NCBI GenBank assembly: GCA_963709425.1
Contig: CAVPWG010000005.1
Location: 856,030 to 920,029 of the forward strand
Source: an uncultured Actinomycetes bacterium
GTDB taxonomy: Bacteria; Actinomycetota; Thermoleophilia; Gaiellales; JAICJC01
Direction: 5' to 3'
DNA: 64,000 nt
Within the stretch, counting starts at the first letter, position 1, and each line of letters begins with the position of its first letter. Below, piece by piece: positions 48,383 to 59,108 of the stretch. The notes beneath the pieces were generated by a model. That model had not been told where the DNA came from. It saw only the letters and a program-made list of their open reading frames with translations, and did no database searches. A program made the position numbers and the translations under genes.

Positions 48383-49549
48383 CTACCCCGCGACCTTCGG
48401 CGCCGCCCCCATCTCCCTCAGCCACCGCGTGTGCGAGCGAAGCGCTGCCCGCACCGTCGGGTGCTCGTTGTAGGCGATGCCGCACTCGATCGACGTCCGC
48501 CTGACGATGTCGGCCAGTTTGGGGTGCAGCGTGTGCGGGACGCGCGGGAAGAGGTGGTGCTCGATCTGATGGTTCAGGCCGCCGATGTACCAGCCGATCC
48601 ACGCGTTCCGCTGAGCGAAGTCCGCGGTCGCCTCGACCTGGTGGATGTGCCACTCCTGCCTGACGAGCGGGCCGTCCGACGGGGCGGTGATCGCCTCCTC
48701 GAGGCAGTGCGACAGCTGGAACGTGACCGTCAGGGCCAGCGACGCGACGGCCGAGACGCACAGGAACACGAGCAGCACGTGCACCGGCGTGTGCAGGACA
48801 AGCGGGATCGCGACCGCCCAGATGACGAAGAGCGCCTTCCCTCCCAAGAGGCCCGCCAGGTCCCACCCCCGCGGCCGCTTGAACTTGGAGCGGCCGACCG
48901 AACCGCGCACCAGGAAGCTCGCGTCGGTGAACCACTGCCAGCGGACGGTGACGAATGCGTACAGGAGCCACATGTAGAGGTGCTGGTAGCGGTGCCACGG
49001 GCGACGTGTCTGCGTGGGCTCGAACCGCGCAAACGGGAGCGCATCGATGTCGGGATCATGGTCGGCGACGTTCGTGTAGGTGTGATGGGCAAGGTGCTTG
49101 ACCGCCCAGACATAGGACGATCCGCCGATCAGGTCGAGCGAGTGCGCCGCCACGCGGTTGACCGCTCGGTTCCTCGAGTAGCCGCCGTGGTTGGCGTCGT
49201 GCATGACGCAGAACCCGATCGCGGCCGCGGCCAGGCCGAGCGAGACCGACGCCGCGATGACGGCCGGCGGGGTCGTCACGACGAGGAGCAGAAGCAGGTA
49301 CGACGCCGCCGCCCAGGCCATGACGAGCGCCGACTTGGCCCACAGCACCCTGTACGCGCGCTGCATCATGGCGGCGTCGCCAATGACGATCTCGGCACGC
49401 TCGTTCAAGAGGCGTGAAAAGTCACCCGCTCCGTGGAAGCGGATGCGCTCCGTCACCTGGTGCCGAGCAGGGCCGCCACACTGTTTGGGCTCCCCGATGG
49501 CACCCACCCTAGCAGCGTCCGGGGCCCGCCCCCATTCCGCCGGAGCCAC
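48383..49549 (-). CDS. Membrane fatty-acid desaturase
   Basis: Three His boxes: HDANHGG, HLAHHTYTN and HQIEHHLFP. The true start is possibly GTG 49456 (VTERIRFHGAGDF). Confidence 0.85.
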   Translation of the reverse strand: MAPAEWGRAPDAARVGAIGEPKQCGGPARHQVTERIRFHGAGDFSRLLNERAEIVIGDAAMMQRAYRVLWAKSALVMAWAAASYLLLLLVVTTPPAVIAASVSLGLAAAAIGFCVMHDANHGGYSRNRAVNRVAAHSLDLIGGSSYVWAVKHLAHHTYTNVADHDPDIDALPFARFEPTQTRRPWHRYQHLYMWLLYAFVTVRWQWFTDASFLVRGSVGRSKFKRPRGWDLAGLLGGKALFVIWAVAIPLVLHTPVHVLLVFLCVSAVASLALTVTFQLSHCLEEAITAPSDGPLVRQEWHIHQVEATADFAQRNAWIGWYIGGLNHQIEHHLFPRVPHTLHPKLADIVRRTSIECGIAYNEHPTVRAALRSHTRWLREMGAAPKVAG

Positions 49550-49693
49550 CGACCGCTGCTAAGGTGAAGGCACAGTTCCGTTGCAGGCAACGTTTCGGGC
49601 CAGCCGCTTCGTGTGCGGTGAGACGCTTGTGACAAAGGAGCGACGAGGCGCCACGCGCCGGCGCACCCCATCCACGAACGGAGGAGCGCCCCA

Positions 49694-49933
49694 ATGGAGT
49701 TCACCGTCGAACTGCGCTACCAGAGCGGCTCGTCGACCGTGTTGTCGACCGAGGCCGACACCGCCGACGAGGCGCTGCAGAACGTCCGCGACCAGCACCG
49801 CCCGCTGGTCGGGATCCACATCACGAGCCCGAGCCTGGCCGGCGAAGACGTACCGCCCGAGCCGCGCCAGCGCACGACGTTCACCTCCCGCCGGGTCCAG
49901 GTGCAGCACCGCCCGTCGCGCCGGCGCCGCTGA
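49694..49933 (+). CDS. Small hypothetical protein with a basic tail
   Basis: 79 codons. GGAGGAG lies 7 nt upstream of the ATG. Third positions are strongly G/C as in neighbouring genes. No family recognised. Confidence 0.45.
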   Translation: MEFTVELRYQSGSSTVLSTEADTADEALQNVRDQHRPLVGIHITSPSLAGEDVPPEPRQRTTFTSRRVQVQHRPSRRRR

Positions 49934-49964
49934 GCCCCCGAGGAGCCTGCACGCCCTCCTCGCC

Positions 49965-51107
49965 TCACCGCGGACGGTGCGGGTAGTCCGGCTCGCGGTT
50001 CTGGAACGAGAGGATGCGGGGGTTCTGCACGACGCCGTCGCGGATCTCGATCGCGCGCCGGATGGTCTCGCTCTCCTCCCAGCCGTCGGGCCCCGACATG
50101 ACGTTGTGCAGGTGCGGGATGAGCGCCGCGCTGATCTCCCACGTGGCCGAGTTCCAGAGGTACGTCGGGCTGTGGTCCACGGCGTAGTAGTGGACGCCGG
50201 GGCCGACCGTGAACATCGGCTCGTCGAACGACGTCGGCCGCGCCCACTCGAACCCCATCCCCTCGTCGCAGGAGACATCGACGATCAGGCTTCCGCGCTG
50301 GAACAGGTCGAGATCCTCGTTGATGACGAACATGAGCGGATCGTCGGTGTCCTGGAGGATGCAGTTGACGACGATGTCGTGCTGGGCCAGGTACTCGGAG
50401 AGTGAGCCGCGTTCCGGCTCGACGAGCGCCGGCCGGCGGGCGGGGTGGGCATCGTCGCGATCGTAGTTGACGAGATGCGCCGGCGGCATCGGCGACGCGA
50501 CCGCCGGGACGCTTCGGTGCGTGAGCACCGTGACGTCGTGGACGCCGAGGGCGAGAAGGGCGGCGACGGCGCCGCGGGCCGTCGCGCCGAAGCTGATGAC
50601 GGCGGCACGCAGCCGAGGGCCGAAGTGCCCCGACGTGCCCCGCAGCTGGAGCGCGTGGAGGACGGAGCAATAGCCGGCGAGCTCGTTGTTCATGTGGAAC
50701 ACGTGCAGGCTGAAGGCCCCGTCGCGTGTCCAGTGGTTCATCGCCTCCCAGGCGATCATCGTGAGCCGGCCGTCGATCGAGAGCTGGGTGAGCTCGGCAT
50801 CCTGGACGCAGTGCGGCCAGCCCCAGAGCACCTGCCCGGGCCTGAGCGCGGCGATATCGGGGTGGACCGGTTTCGGCAACGCAACAATGTCGCAATCCGC
50901 GATCAGCTGCTCGCGGCTGCGAAGGCCGCCGACCTGGGCCTCGAGCTCGTCGTCGGCGTAGCCGTGCCGCAGCCCGTAGCCGTGCTCGAGGAAGATCCGG
51001 CTTCGGAGGTCGGCATCGATCCGCTCCAGGTGCCGGGGGTGGATCGGCAGCCTGCCCTCGTGCTCCTTGCGCGACGTCGCGATGACGCCGAGCGACAACT
51101 CCTCCAC
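49965..51107 (-). CDS. Alanine dehydrogenase/PNT-family NAD(P) enzyme (saccharopine dehydrogenase / N5-(carboxyethyl)ornithine synthase-like)
   Basis: 380 aa. N-terminal GVIATSRKEHEGRLPIHP and a central Rossmann region AAVISFGATARGAV. The sub-family assignment is from memory only. Confidence 0.6.
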   Translation of the reverse strand: MEELSLGVIATSRKEHEGRLPIHPRHLERIDADLRSRIFLEHGYGLRHGYADDELEAQVGGLRSREQLIADCDIVALPKPVHPDIAALRPGQVLWGWPHCVQDAELTQLSIDGRLTMIAWEAMNHWTRDGAFSLHVFHMNNELAGYCSVLHALQLRGTSGHFGPRLRAAVISFGATARGAVAALLALGVHDVTVLTHRSVPAVASPMPPAHLVNYDRDDAHPARRPALVEPERGSLSEYLAQHDIVVNCILQDTDDPLMFVINEDLDLFQRGSLIVDVSCDEGMGFEWARPTSFDEPMFTVGPGVHYYAVDHSPTYLWNSATWEISAALIPHLHNVMSGPDGWEESETIRRAIEIRDGVVQNPRILSFQNREPDYPHRPR

Positions 51108-51178
51108 CTGCCCTCCAGTCCCCGCGGGATGACGAGTCTACCGCCCCTCGCCTGGCGGAAGCCGGTCCCCGGTGTACC

Positions 51179-53088
51179 GTGCGGCGCCTCGAACCTGTGA
51201 CCGTGAGCACGACCACCGACACGCGCCGCCCGAGCACGCGCACACCAGCGCAGGCGGCCCTCCTCGTGGGCGCGCTGGGCGTTGTCTTCGGCGACATCGG
51301 GACGAGCCCGATCTACACCGTCCAGACCGTGTTCAACCCGGGCGACCCGCATCCCGTGGCCGTCTCGAGCGACAGCGTCTTCGGTGTCATCTCGTTGATC
51401 TTCTGGTCGGTGACGATCGTCGTCACCCTGCTCTACGTCCTGCTGATCACGCTGGTTCGGGCGCGAAGCGTGCGCGGCGGCCGCCGCACGCGGCTCGCTC
51501 TGGCCGCCCTGGGGATCTTCGGCGCCTCGCTGTTCTTCGGCGACAGCATGATCACGCCCGCGATCTCGGTGCTGTCGGCCGTGGAGGGCCTGAAGGTCGT
51601 CCAGCCGTCGCTGGGGCATCTGGTCGTCCCGATCACCGCCGTCATCATCGTCATCCTGTTCGCCAGTCAGCGAATCGGCTCGGCGGCGGTCGGCAGGCTG
51701 TTCGGGCCGGTCATGATCGTGTGGTTCCTGGCGATCAGCGCGTGCGGCGTGGGCGGCATCGTCGACCATCCGGAGATCCTGAAGGCGCTCTCGCCGACCT
51801 ACGCGCTGGGGTTCCTGAGCGAGCACTTCTCGACCGCGTTCTTCTCGCTCGCCGCCGTGGTGCTCGCGATCACCGGCGCCGAGGCGCTGTACGCCGACAT
51901 GGGGCATTTCGGTCGCGCTCCGATCACGCGCGCGTGGCTGGTGCTCGTCTTCCCGGCGTGCATCACGAGCTACATGGGCCAGGGCGCGCTGGTGCTCGCG
52001 AACCCGCACGATGCGGTGCGCAGCCCGTTCTTCCTGCTCGTCCCGGATTGGGGCCGTCTGCCGATGGTGCTCCTCGCGACCGCGGCGACCGTCATCGCCT
52101 CACAGGCCGTCATCACCGGCGCCTTCTCGGTCGCCCACCAGGCCGTCCAGCTCGGATACCTCCCGCGCTTGCGGATCTCTCACACCTCCGAGCAGACGAT
52201 CGGCCAGATCTACGTCCCGTGGATCAACTGGGCGCTGATGATCTCGGTGCTGGTGCTCGTGTTCGCGTTCCGGACGTCAGCGGCCCTGGCGTTCGCCTTC
52301 GGCATGGCGGTCACCGGCACGATCACGATCACAACGCTGCTCTTCTTCTACATCGTCCGCCACCAATGGCGGAAGCCGCTGTGGCTGCTGTTGCCGGCGC
52401 CGGCGGCTTTCTCGTCGTCGACTTCCTGTTCCTCGCGGCGAACCTGACCAAGCTCACGCACGGGGCGTGGGTTCCGCTGTTGATCGGCGTGACGGTATTC
52501 ACGGTCCTCATCACATGGCAGCGCGGCCGTGCGCTCGTCACCAAGCTGCGGGAACGGGACGAGGGGTCGCTGCGGGCGTTCGTCGACGAGCTCCACCACC
52601 GGCAGCCGCCGCTCATGCGGGTGCCCGGCACCGCCGTGTTTCTCAACCGCGGCAAGCGCACCACGCCACTGGCGATGCGCGCGAACGTCGAGCACAACCA
52701 CATCCTGCACGAGCACGTCGTGATCGTCTCGATCGAGACGCTGCCGGTGCCGCACGTGGCCGCCGCCGACCGGCTCGCGGTCGACGACCTCGGCTACGCG
52801 GACGACGGGATCACCCACCTCAGCGCCCGCTTCGGCTACATGGACGAGCCCAACGTCCCCGCGGTGCTGCGTCTGGCCGCGGAGGCCGGCCTGGAATCCC
52901 CGCTCGAGGTCGATCAGGCCTCCTACTTCCTCTCCACGATCGAGCTCCACGTGGGCTCCACGCCCGGCATGAGCCGGTGGCGCAAGCGCCTGTTCGTGGC
53001 GACGTCGCAGATCACCGCCGACGCAGCGGAGTATTTCGGCCTGCCCCGCGAGCGAACCGTCGTCATGGGCTCGCGGATCGAGGTGTAG
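51179..53088 (+). pseudogene. kup: KUP/HAK/KT potassium transporter, frameshifted near 52391-52400 and lacking the conserved ADNxGEGG block
   Basis: ORF 51179..52447 matches Kup (GVVFGDIGTSPIYT, GDSMITPAISVLSAVEGL, TGAEALYADMGHFG, ASQAVITGAFS) up to ...RHQWRKPLWLLL. The sequence continues in the -1 frame of ORF 51172..53088 (AGAGGFLVVDFLFLAANLTKLTHGAWVPL ... VVMGSRIEV). Span length is 3n+2. Confidence 0.8.
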
Positions 53089-53129
53089 GCCGAGGGCACA
53101 ACGGTCGCGGCTGATACCGTCGTGGAGCT

Positions 53130-54050
53130 GTGCCCAATCTCCCTCGAAAGGCGATTCTCGCCGCCGCCACCGATCGCCGGACGCGCGCCTTCATGAACCG
53201 GTACGGCATGCGCCTCGGCGCGGCCCGCTTTGTGGCAGGGGAGACGCTCGACGACTGCCTTTCGGTGCTCGCCGACCTGAACGCCAAGGGGCTCCACGCC
53301 AACACGACCCTGCTCGGCGAGGACGTCGAGTCGCGCCAGGAGACCGTCTCCGTCGTCGCGGAGTTCCGCACGGTGCTCGACCGGATCGGTGAACGGGAGC
53401 TGAGGGCCAACCTGGCGGTCAAGCTGACCCACCTCGGCCTCCTGATCGACGAGGAGCTGGCGTACGAGAACGTGGGTGCGCTCGTGGATCACGCGGCCGA
53501 GCGGGGGAACTTCGTCCGGATCGACATGGAGCACTCGAGCGTCGTCGACGCGACGCTCCGCATCTACCGCCGGCTCCGTGAGAGCGGCCGCGACAACGTC
53601 GGCTGCGTCCTCCAGGCCTACCTCTACCGGACGCCGAGCGATCTCGACGCGCTGCTCCCGCTCGGCCCGAACCTGCGGCTCGTGAAGGGGGCCTACCTCG
53701 AGCCGCCTGAGATCGCCTACCCCAGGAAGCCCGACGTCGACGACGCCTACCGGCGGCTGCTGGAGCGCGCGCTCCAGGGCGGCGCGTACGTCGCGGTCGC
53801 GACGCACGACGAGCGGCTGATCGGCCACACGATCCGGTTCACCGGGGCGCACGGGATCGCACCCGACCGGTTCGAGTTCCAGATGCTCTACGGGGTGCGG
53901 CCGCAGCTCCAGCGCGACCTCGCCGCCCGCGGCTTCAAGGTGCTCGTGGCGACGCCGTACGGCCCCGAGTGGTACCCCTATCTCATGCGCCGCCTGGCGG
54001 AGAGACCCGCGAACCTGCTCTTCCTGGTCAGGAATCTCTTCGCCCGGTAG
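53130..54050 (+). CDS. Proline dehydrogenase (monofunctional PRODH)
   Basis: 306 aa. Contains RFVAGET, VRIDMEHS, LQAYLYR, RLVKGAY and YGPEWYPYLMRRLAERPAN. GTG start. Confidence 0.9.
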   Translation: MPNLPRKAILAAATDRRTRAFMNRYGMRLGAARFVAGETLDDCLSVLADLNAKGLHANTTLLGEDVESRQETVSVVAEFRTVLDRIGERELRANLAVKLTHLGLLIDEELAYENVGALVDHAAERGNFVRIDMEHSSVVDATLRIYRRLRESGRDNVGCVLQAYLYRTPSDLDALLPLGPNLRLVKGAYLEPPEIAYPRKPDVDDAYRRLLERALQGGAYVAVATHDERLIGHTIRFTGAHGIAPDRFEFQMLYGVRPQLQRDLAARGFKVLVATPYGPEWYPYLMRRLAERPANLLFLVRNLFAR

Positions 54051-54108
54051 GCGGCGCTCGCCGGGCTACAGAACTTGCCGGGCCGTCCGACGCCGCCGCC
54101 CCGTCGGG

Positions 54109-54870
54109 TCATGCCTTCTGCGCCACGAACGCGATCTTGCGGACGCGTCCGGTCTTCAGCCAGTCGCTCCAGAGCCGGTGGGCGGCCAGCAGCTCGTCCA
54201 GTGCCCGGCGCCCGATCTGCGCAGCGATGGCCGTTCCGTCGGCTGCGAACGCGTCGGTCAACGACTCCGCCATGGCGCGGTGGGACCGGCTGCAGTCGTC
54301 CTGCCAGCGAACGATCAGCCCGGCGCGCTCCAGCAACCCGCGCATGTCCGCGAGCGGGGTGAGCCAGACCGTGCCGGCGTCGGGCATGTGCCCTCGCTCC
54401 GACTCGGTGAGAGGCGGGCCCTCCTCCAGGGTGAACGCGAACCGCCCGCCGGCCGTGAGCGCCCGGGCGACCTCCCGAAGAAGCGTCTCCTTGTCGGGAA
54501 AGGCGAGCATGGTCTCGAGCAGGAGCACCACGTCGAACGCGCCGCCCGGGAGCGGCGGGACGTGCGCGACCTCGAACCGGCAGGGGAGGCCGCGGGCGCG
54601 CACGCGGGCGATGTCGATGGCGCTCGGGCTGTAGTCGACGCCCACGTAGCCGCAGCCCAGCGCTTGCGTGATGAACCGTCCCGGCCCGGCGACGCCGCAG
54701 CACAGGTCGAGCACGGAGACGCCGGGGGCGATGCCGGACCGCTCTGCCAGCGCTCGGATCTCGCCGGCGCACATGAAGCTCTCCTGCTCGACGTACTCGC
54801 CCGGGGGAAATGCCGCCTCCCGGGCCGGCCGGAGGGCCTCGACGAATGGTGCGCGGTCGTCCTGCTTCAC
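54109..54870 (-). CDS. Class I SAM-dependent methyltransferase
   Basis: 253 aa. Motif I VLDLCCGVAGPG. Confidence 0.8.
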   Translation of the reverse strand: MKQDDRAPFVEALRPAREAAFPPGEYVEQESFMCAGEIRALAERSGIAPGVSVLDLCCGVAGPGRFITQALGCGYVGVDYSPSAIDIARVRARGLPCRFEVAHVPPLPGGAFDVVLLLETMLAFPDKETLLREVARALTAGGRFAFTLEEGPPLTESERGHMPDAGTVWLTPLADMRGLLERAGLIVRWQDDCSRSHRAMAESLTDAFAADGTAIAAQIGRRALDELLAAHRLWSDWLKTGRVRKIAFVAQKA

Positions 54871-54908
54871 GAGAACCGGATCACAGGATCCACAGTAGTT
54901 CCCTTCAG

Positions 54909-57255
54909 ATGTTCGAGCGCGGAGGGAGGATGCGGGCGGTTCGAGGCCCCGCGACCGGGCTGGTCGCCCAGGCGCTGCTGCTCGCCGTCATCACGGCGAC
55001 CGTCGGGGTGACCGGTGCCGGTGCGGTCGTCGGAGCCGTGTGCGCGGTCACCTTGGACGCGGCGCTGGCGCGCGGCCTCCTGCGCAACCCCTCCGAGCGG
55101 CTGGGCCCGGCCGGATGGGTGACGCTTGGTCGGGCGACGCTCGTCATCGGCGTCGCGGCGCTGACCGCGGACTCGTTCGAGCGGGACGTGCCGGCGGCGA
55201 TGCTCGTGACGCTCGCGACCATGGCCCTGGTGCTCGACTACGTCGACGGATGGGTCGCGCGGAGGACCGCCACGACGTCGGCGTTGGGGGCACGCCTGGA
55301 CGGCGAGGTCGATGCGTTCCTCATCCTCGTCCTCAGCGTGTACGTGGCGCCGTCGGTCGGGGCGTGGGTGCTCGCGATCGGCGCGGCCCGCTACGTGTTC
55401 CTCGTCGCCGGGTGGATGCTCAGGTGGATGCGCGCACCGCTGCCGCGACGCGACTGGAGGAAGGTCGTCGCAGCGACGCAGGGGATCGTGCTGACGGTCG
55501 CAGCTGCCGGCGTCGTGCCGCCGAGGTTGATGCAGGCGGCCCTCGTTGTCGCGCTCGCCCTGCTCGCGGAGTCGTTCGGCCGCGACGTGTGGTGGCTCTG
55601 GCGCCACCGGCACGCCGCCGACCACGCCACGGACGCCCACCCCGGACGCGTCCGTGCGGGCATCGCCGTGGCGGTCACGCTGCTCGCCCTCGTCGTGGTG
55701 TGGGTGGCGCTCGTGGCTCCGAACCAGCCCAGCCTCGTCACCCCCGCTGCGTTCGTGAGGTTGCCGCTCGAAGGCATCGTCGTCATCGCGCTGGCCCTCG
55801 TCCTGCCCGGCACCGGTCGACGCCTCCTGGCCTGGGTGGTCGGACCGGCGCTCGGCCTCCTGGCCATCGTGAAGCTGCTCGACTTCGGCTTCTTCACCGC
55901 CTTCGACCGGCCGTTCAACCCCGTCGACGACTGGAGGTACACCTCCATCGGGATCGAGACGCTGCGGGCCTCGATCGGTCGGACGGACGCGAACCTGGCG
56001 CTGATCGGCGTGGCGCTGCTCACCGTCTTCGCGCTCGTCCTCCCGACCCTGGCCGTGCTCCGCCTGACCCGGGTCGCGGCCCGTCACCGCCGGCAGTCGC
56101 TCCAGACGGTGGCTGCACTCAGCGCCGCCTGGGTGCTCTGCTGGGCGTTCGGCGCGGAGCTCGTGTCCGGCGCGCGCATCGCCTCCCTGAGCGCCGCCGA
56201 CCTGGCCGTCCAGGAGGTGCGGGCGGTGCAGGCCGGCCTGCGAGACAGTGCGCGGTTCGCACACGCGATCCGCCGCGACCGCTATCACGCCACGCCGGGC
56301 AGCCGGCTGCTGACCGGCCTGCGCGGGAAGGACGTCCTCCTGGTATTCGTCGAGAGCTACGGGAAGGTGGCGGTGCAGGGATCCTCCTTCTCGCCGCAAG
56401 TCGACGCCGTCCTCGACGAGGGGTCGGGGCAGCTTCGGGCCGCCGGCTTCTCGTCGCGAAGCGGCTGGCTCACCTCGCCGACCTTCGGCGGCACGAGCTG
56501 GCTGGCGCACTCCACGCTCCAGTCGGGAACCTGGGTCAGAAGCCAGGGCCGGTATGACGAGCTCGTCGCAAGCAATCGCCTCACGCTCAGCCAGGCGTTC
56601 GAGCGCGCCGGGTGGCGGGCGATCGACGACGTGCCGTCGAACGACCGGTACTGGGCACAGGGGTCGTCGTTCTACCACTACGACAAGGTCTACGACCGGC
56701 GGAACGTCGGGTACCACGGCCCGACGTACGCCTACGCCTCCATGCCAGACCAGTTCGTGCTCCTGGCCCTCCAGCGCCTCGAGCTCGCGAAGGCCCACCG
56801 TCCCCCGCTCTTCGCCGAGGTCGACCTGGTGTCGAGCCACACGCCGTGGACGCGCATCCCGCCGCTCATCAAGTGGGGCGACGTCGGTGACGGCTCGATC
56901 TTCAACAGGCTCCCGGTCGACGAATCCGGCCTGAGCGACGTGAAACAGGGCTACGGCAGGTCGATCGAGTACACGCTGCGCTCCCTGTTCTCGCTACGTG
57001 GAGCACTACGGCCGCAAGAACCTGGTGCTCGTCGTGCTCGGCGACCACCAGCCCGCCACGGTCGTCACCGGGTACGGCGCCAGTCACGACGTGCCCATCT
57101 CGGTCATCGCCCACGACCCGGCGGTGATGCGCAGGATCGCCGGGTGGGGCTGGGTCGACGGCATGCGCCCCACCCCAACGGCGCCGGTCTGGCCGATGAG
57201 CGCGTTCCGCGACCGCTTCCTCGGCGCATTCGGCTCGCAGCCTGGCACGCGGTAG
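54909..57255 (+). pseudogene. CDP-alcohol phosphatidyltransferase fused to a polytopic linker and a sulfatase/LtaS-like (alkaline-phosphatase superfamily) domain; one-base frame break at ~56994
   Basis: Full CDP-OH motif DYVDGWVARRTATTSALGARLDGEVDAF (Dx2DGx2ARx8Gx3Dx3D). The C-terminal domain has LVFVESYG and DLVSSHTPW. After ...RSIEYTLRSLFS the frame breaks and continues in ORF 56998..57255 (YVEHYGRKNLVLVVLGDHQP...). Span length is 3n+1. Start is ATG 54909 or 54930. Confidence 0.75.
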
Positions 57256-57261
57256 CCCATT

Positions 57262-58452
57262 GTGAGCGTCGATATGGAACGTGTCGGCCGGGCTCGGGTA
57301 CCGCAGCCCGCGCGCGTTGCGGTACCGGCGGGCGCCGGCCCTTCGCGGAAGTGGCTCGCCGGGCTGGACGGCATCCGGGGCCTGGCCGCGCTGTTCGTGG
57401 TGGTGAACCATGTCTTCCTGCGAGCGTTCCCCGGGTACCCGGTGAGCCGGGCACCGTTCTGGGCGGGCTGGTTCATCTACGGGCGATTCGCCGTCGTCGT
57501 GTTCATCGTTCTCTCCGGCTTCTCGCTGGCCCTGTCGCCGGCCCGCCACGGCTGGCGGCTCGACCGGCTCCCGCGATTCGCCGAGCGACGGATCCGGCGC
57601 ATCGTCCCGGCGTACTGGGCCGCACTCGCCTTCAGCCTCGCGGTGGCGTGGCTGGTCGTCCCTCCGCCGGGACAGGCAGCGCCCGACGCCGGTTCAGTCG
57701 TCGTCAACGGCCTCCTGGTGCAGAACCTCGTCAGCGCGCCGAGCCCCAACCGAGCGTTCTGGTCGATCGCGGTCGAGGCCCAGCTGTACATCCTGTTCCC
57801 CCTGCTGCTGCTCATGGTCCGCCGTCGGGGCGCGTTCGTCATGCTCGCCGCCGTCACGCTCGTCGTGGCGACGGTGGGGATCCTGGGCCCGCATGTGTCC
57901 CACCTGGACTTCATCGTGATCCAGTCACCGCCCGACCTCGCCGCGCTGTTCGCGGTCGGCATCCTGAGCGCCGGCATCGTGGGCGCGAGCGCGGCGCGGA
58001 GGTCGTGGCCATGGGCCGGGCTCGCGCTCGCCGCCGCAGCTCCCGTGCTCGCCACGATCTGGTGGCAGGGCTCGGTGTGGACGCTCGACCACCTGTTCTG
58101 GGTCGACCTGATGCTGGGCCCGGCTGTCGGGTGCCTGCTGGCCGGTCTGGCGACGGGGCGGCCCGCGCCGCTGCTGCGCCTGCTCGACACGCGGCCGCTG
58201 CGCAACCTCGGCTGGTCGTCCTACAGCCTCTACCTGACGCACGGCCCGATCGTCGTCGTCGTGTATGAGCGCGTCGTGGCCGGCCGGGTCCGCCCGGGCG
58301 TTCCGGCGTTCCTCGTGTCGCTCGCCCTGGTGCTGCCGCTCACCATCGCGTTCGCGCGGGTCTTCGCGTCGGTGTTCGAGACCCCGTTCCGCAGCGGCGG
58401 CAGCATCGGCCGCCTTGGTCAGTCCGTCCGGAACCGCGGCGAGAGCGCGTAG
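57262..58452 (+). CDS. Acyltransferase family 3 (membrane O-acyltransferase)
   Basis: 396 aa. Contains LDGIRGLAALFVVVNH and FIVLSGFSL. About 10 TM segments. Confidence 0.85.
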   Translation: MSVDMERVGRARVPQPARVAVPAGAGPSRKWLAGLDGIRGLAALFVVVNHVFLRAFPGYPVSRAPFWAGWFIYGRFAVVVFIVLSGFSLALSPARHGWRLDRLPRFAERRIRRIVPAYWAALAFSLAVAWLVVPPPGQAAPDAGSVVVNGLLVQNLVSAPSPNRAFWSIAVEAQLYILFPLLLLMVRRRGAFVMLAAVTLVVATVGILGPHVSHLDFIVIQSPPDLAALFAVGILSAGIVGASAARRSWPWAGLALAAAAPVLATIWWQGSVWTLDHLFWVDLMLGPAVGCLLAGLATGRPAPLLRLLDTRPLRNLGWSSYSLYLTHGPIVVVVYERVVAGRVRPGVPAFLVSLALVLPLTIAFARVFASVFETPFRSGGSIGRLGQSVRNRGESA

Positions 58453-59108
58453 CGCAGGAGCACCACGTCGCCGATGCGGCGGACGTCCGCGAGCGTCGCG
58501 CGCCGGCCGGGGTTCCACGGGAACACGCCGTCGCGCACGAACCTCGGAGCCTGGGAGTCGCCGACGAACATCGGAGCAACGACGAGCTGCAGCTCGTCGG
58601 CGAGGTCGTCGGTCAGAAACTGCGTGTGCACCTTGCCCCCGCCCTCGACCATCAGCCGCTCGACGCCGCGTGCGGCGAGGTCCGTGCTGAGCTTGCGCAT
58701 GTGCACGATCTGGCCGCCGTCGACGACGGTCGCGACCGGCCCGAGTCGCGCGCGGGCGTCGACCACACGCGGGCTCGCGCAGTAGACGAGCTTCTCCGCG
58801 TCGCCGGTCGTGAAGAAGTCGGCGCGCGCGTCGAGCTCGGCCCGTCGGGTCACGGTCACCTTCATCGGAGACGGCGCGAGCCCCCGCGCCGTCCGCTCGT
58901 CGCGGCGGGCCTGTGAGCGCACCACGAGCCGCGGGTTGTCGATCCGCACGGTCGCCGCGCCGACCAGGATCGCGTCGCAGGAGGCGCGGACCGCGTCGAT
59001 TCGGTCGAAGTCGTCGTCGTTCGACAGAAGGAGCCGCGACGCCGCGCTCCCGATGTAGCCGTCGATCGACACGCTGCACGAGAGCAGGGTGTACGGACGG
59101 TCACGCAT
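58419..59108 (-). CDS. RibD C-terminal domain / dihydrofolate-reductase-like reductase
   Basis: ORF 58419..59384(-) trimmed to ATG 59108 (MRDRPYTLLSCSVSIDGYIG...ILVGAATVRIDNP...LMVEGGGKVHTQFL). 8-nt overlap with the upstream membrane-protein stop. Confidence 0.8.
   Translation of the reverse strand: MRDRPYTLLSCSVSIDGYIGSAASRLLLSNDDDFDRIDAVRASCDAILVGAATVRIDNPRLVVRSQARRDERTARGLAPSPMKVTVTRRAELDARADFFTTGDAEKLVYCASPRVVDARARLGPVATVVDGGQIVHMRKLSTDLAARGVERLMVEGGGKVHTQFLTDDLADELQLVVAPMFVGDSQAPRFVRDGVFPWNPGRRATLADVRRIGDVVLLRYALSPRFRTD

Noticed and set aside
54810-58268. 1152-aa ORF suggesting a huge fusion that extends through the acyltransferase gene.
   Set aside because: After about residue 729 the translation becomes Arg/Pro/Gly junk. 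The conserved continuation is in another frame (56998..57255), and the acyltransferase-3 gene (57262..58452) is in a third frame.
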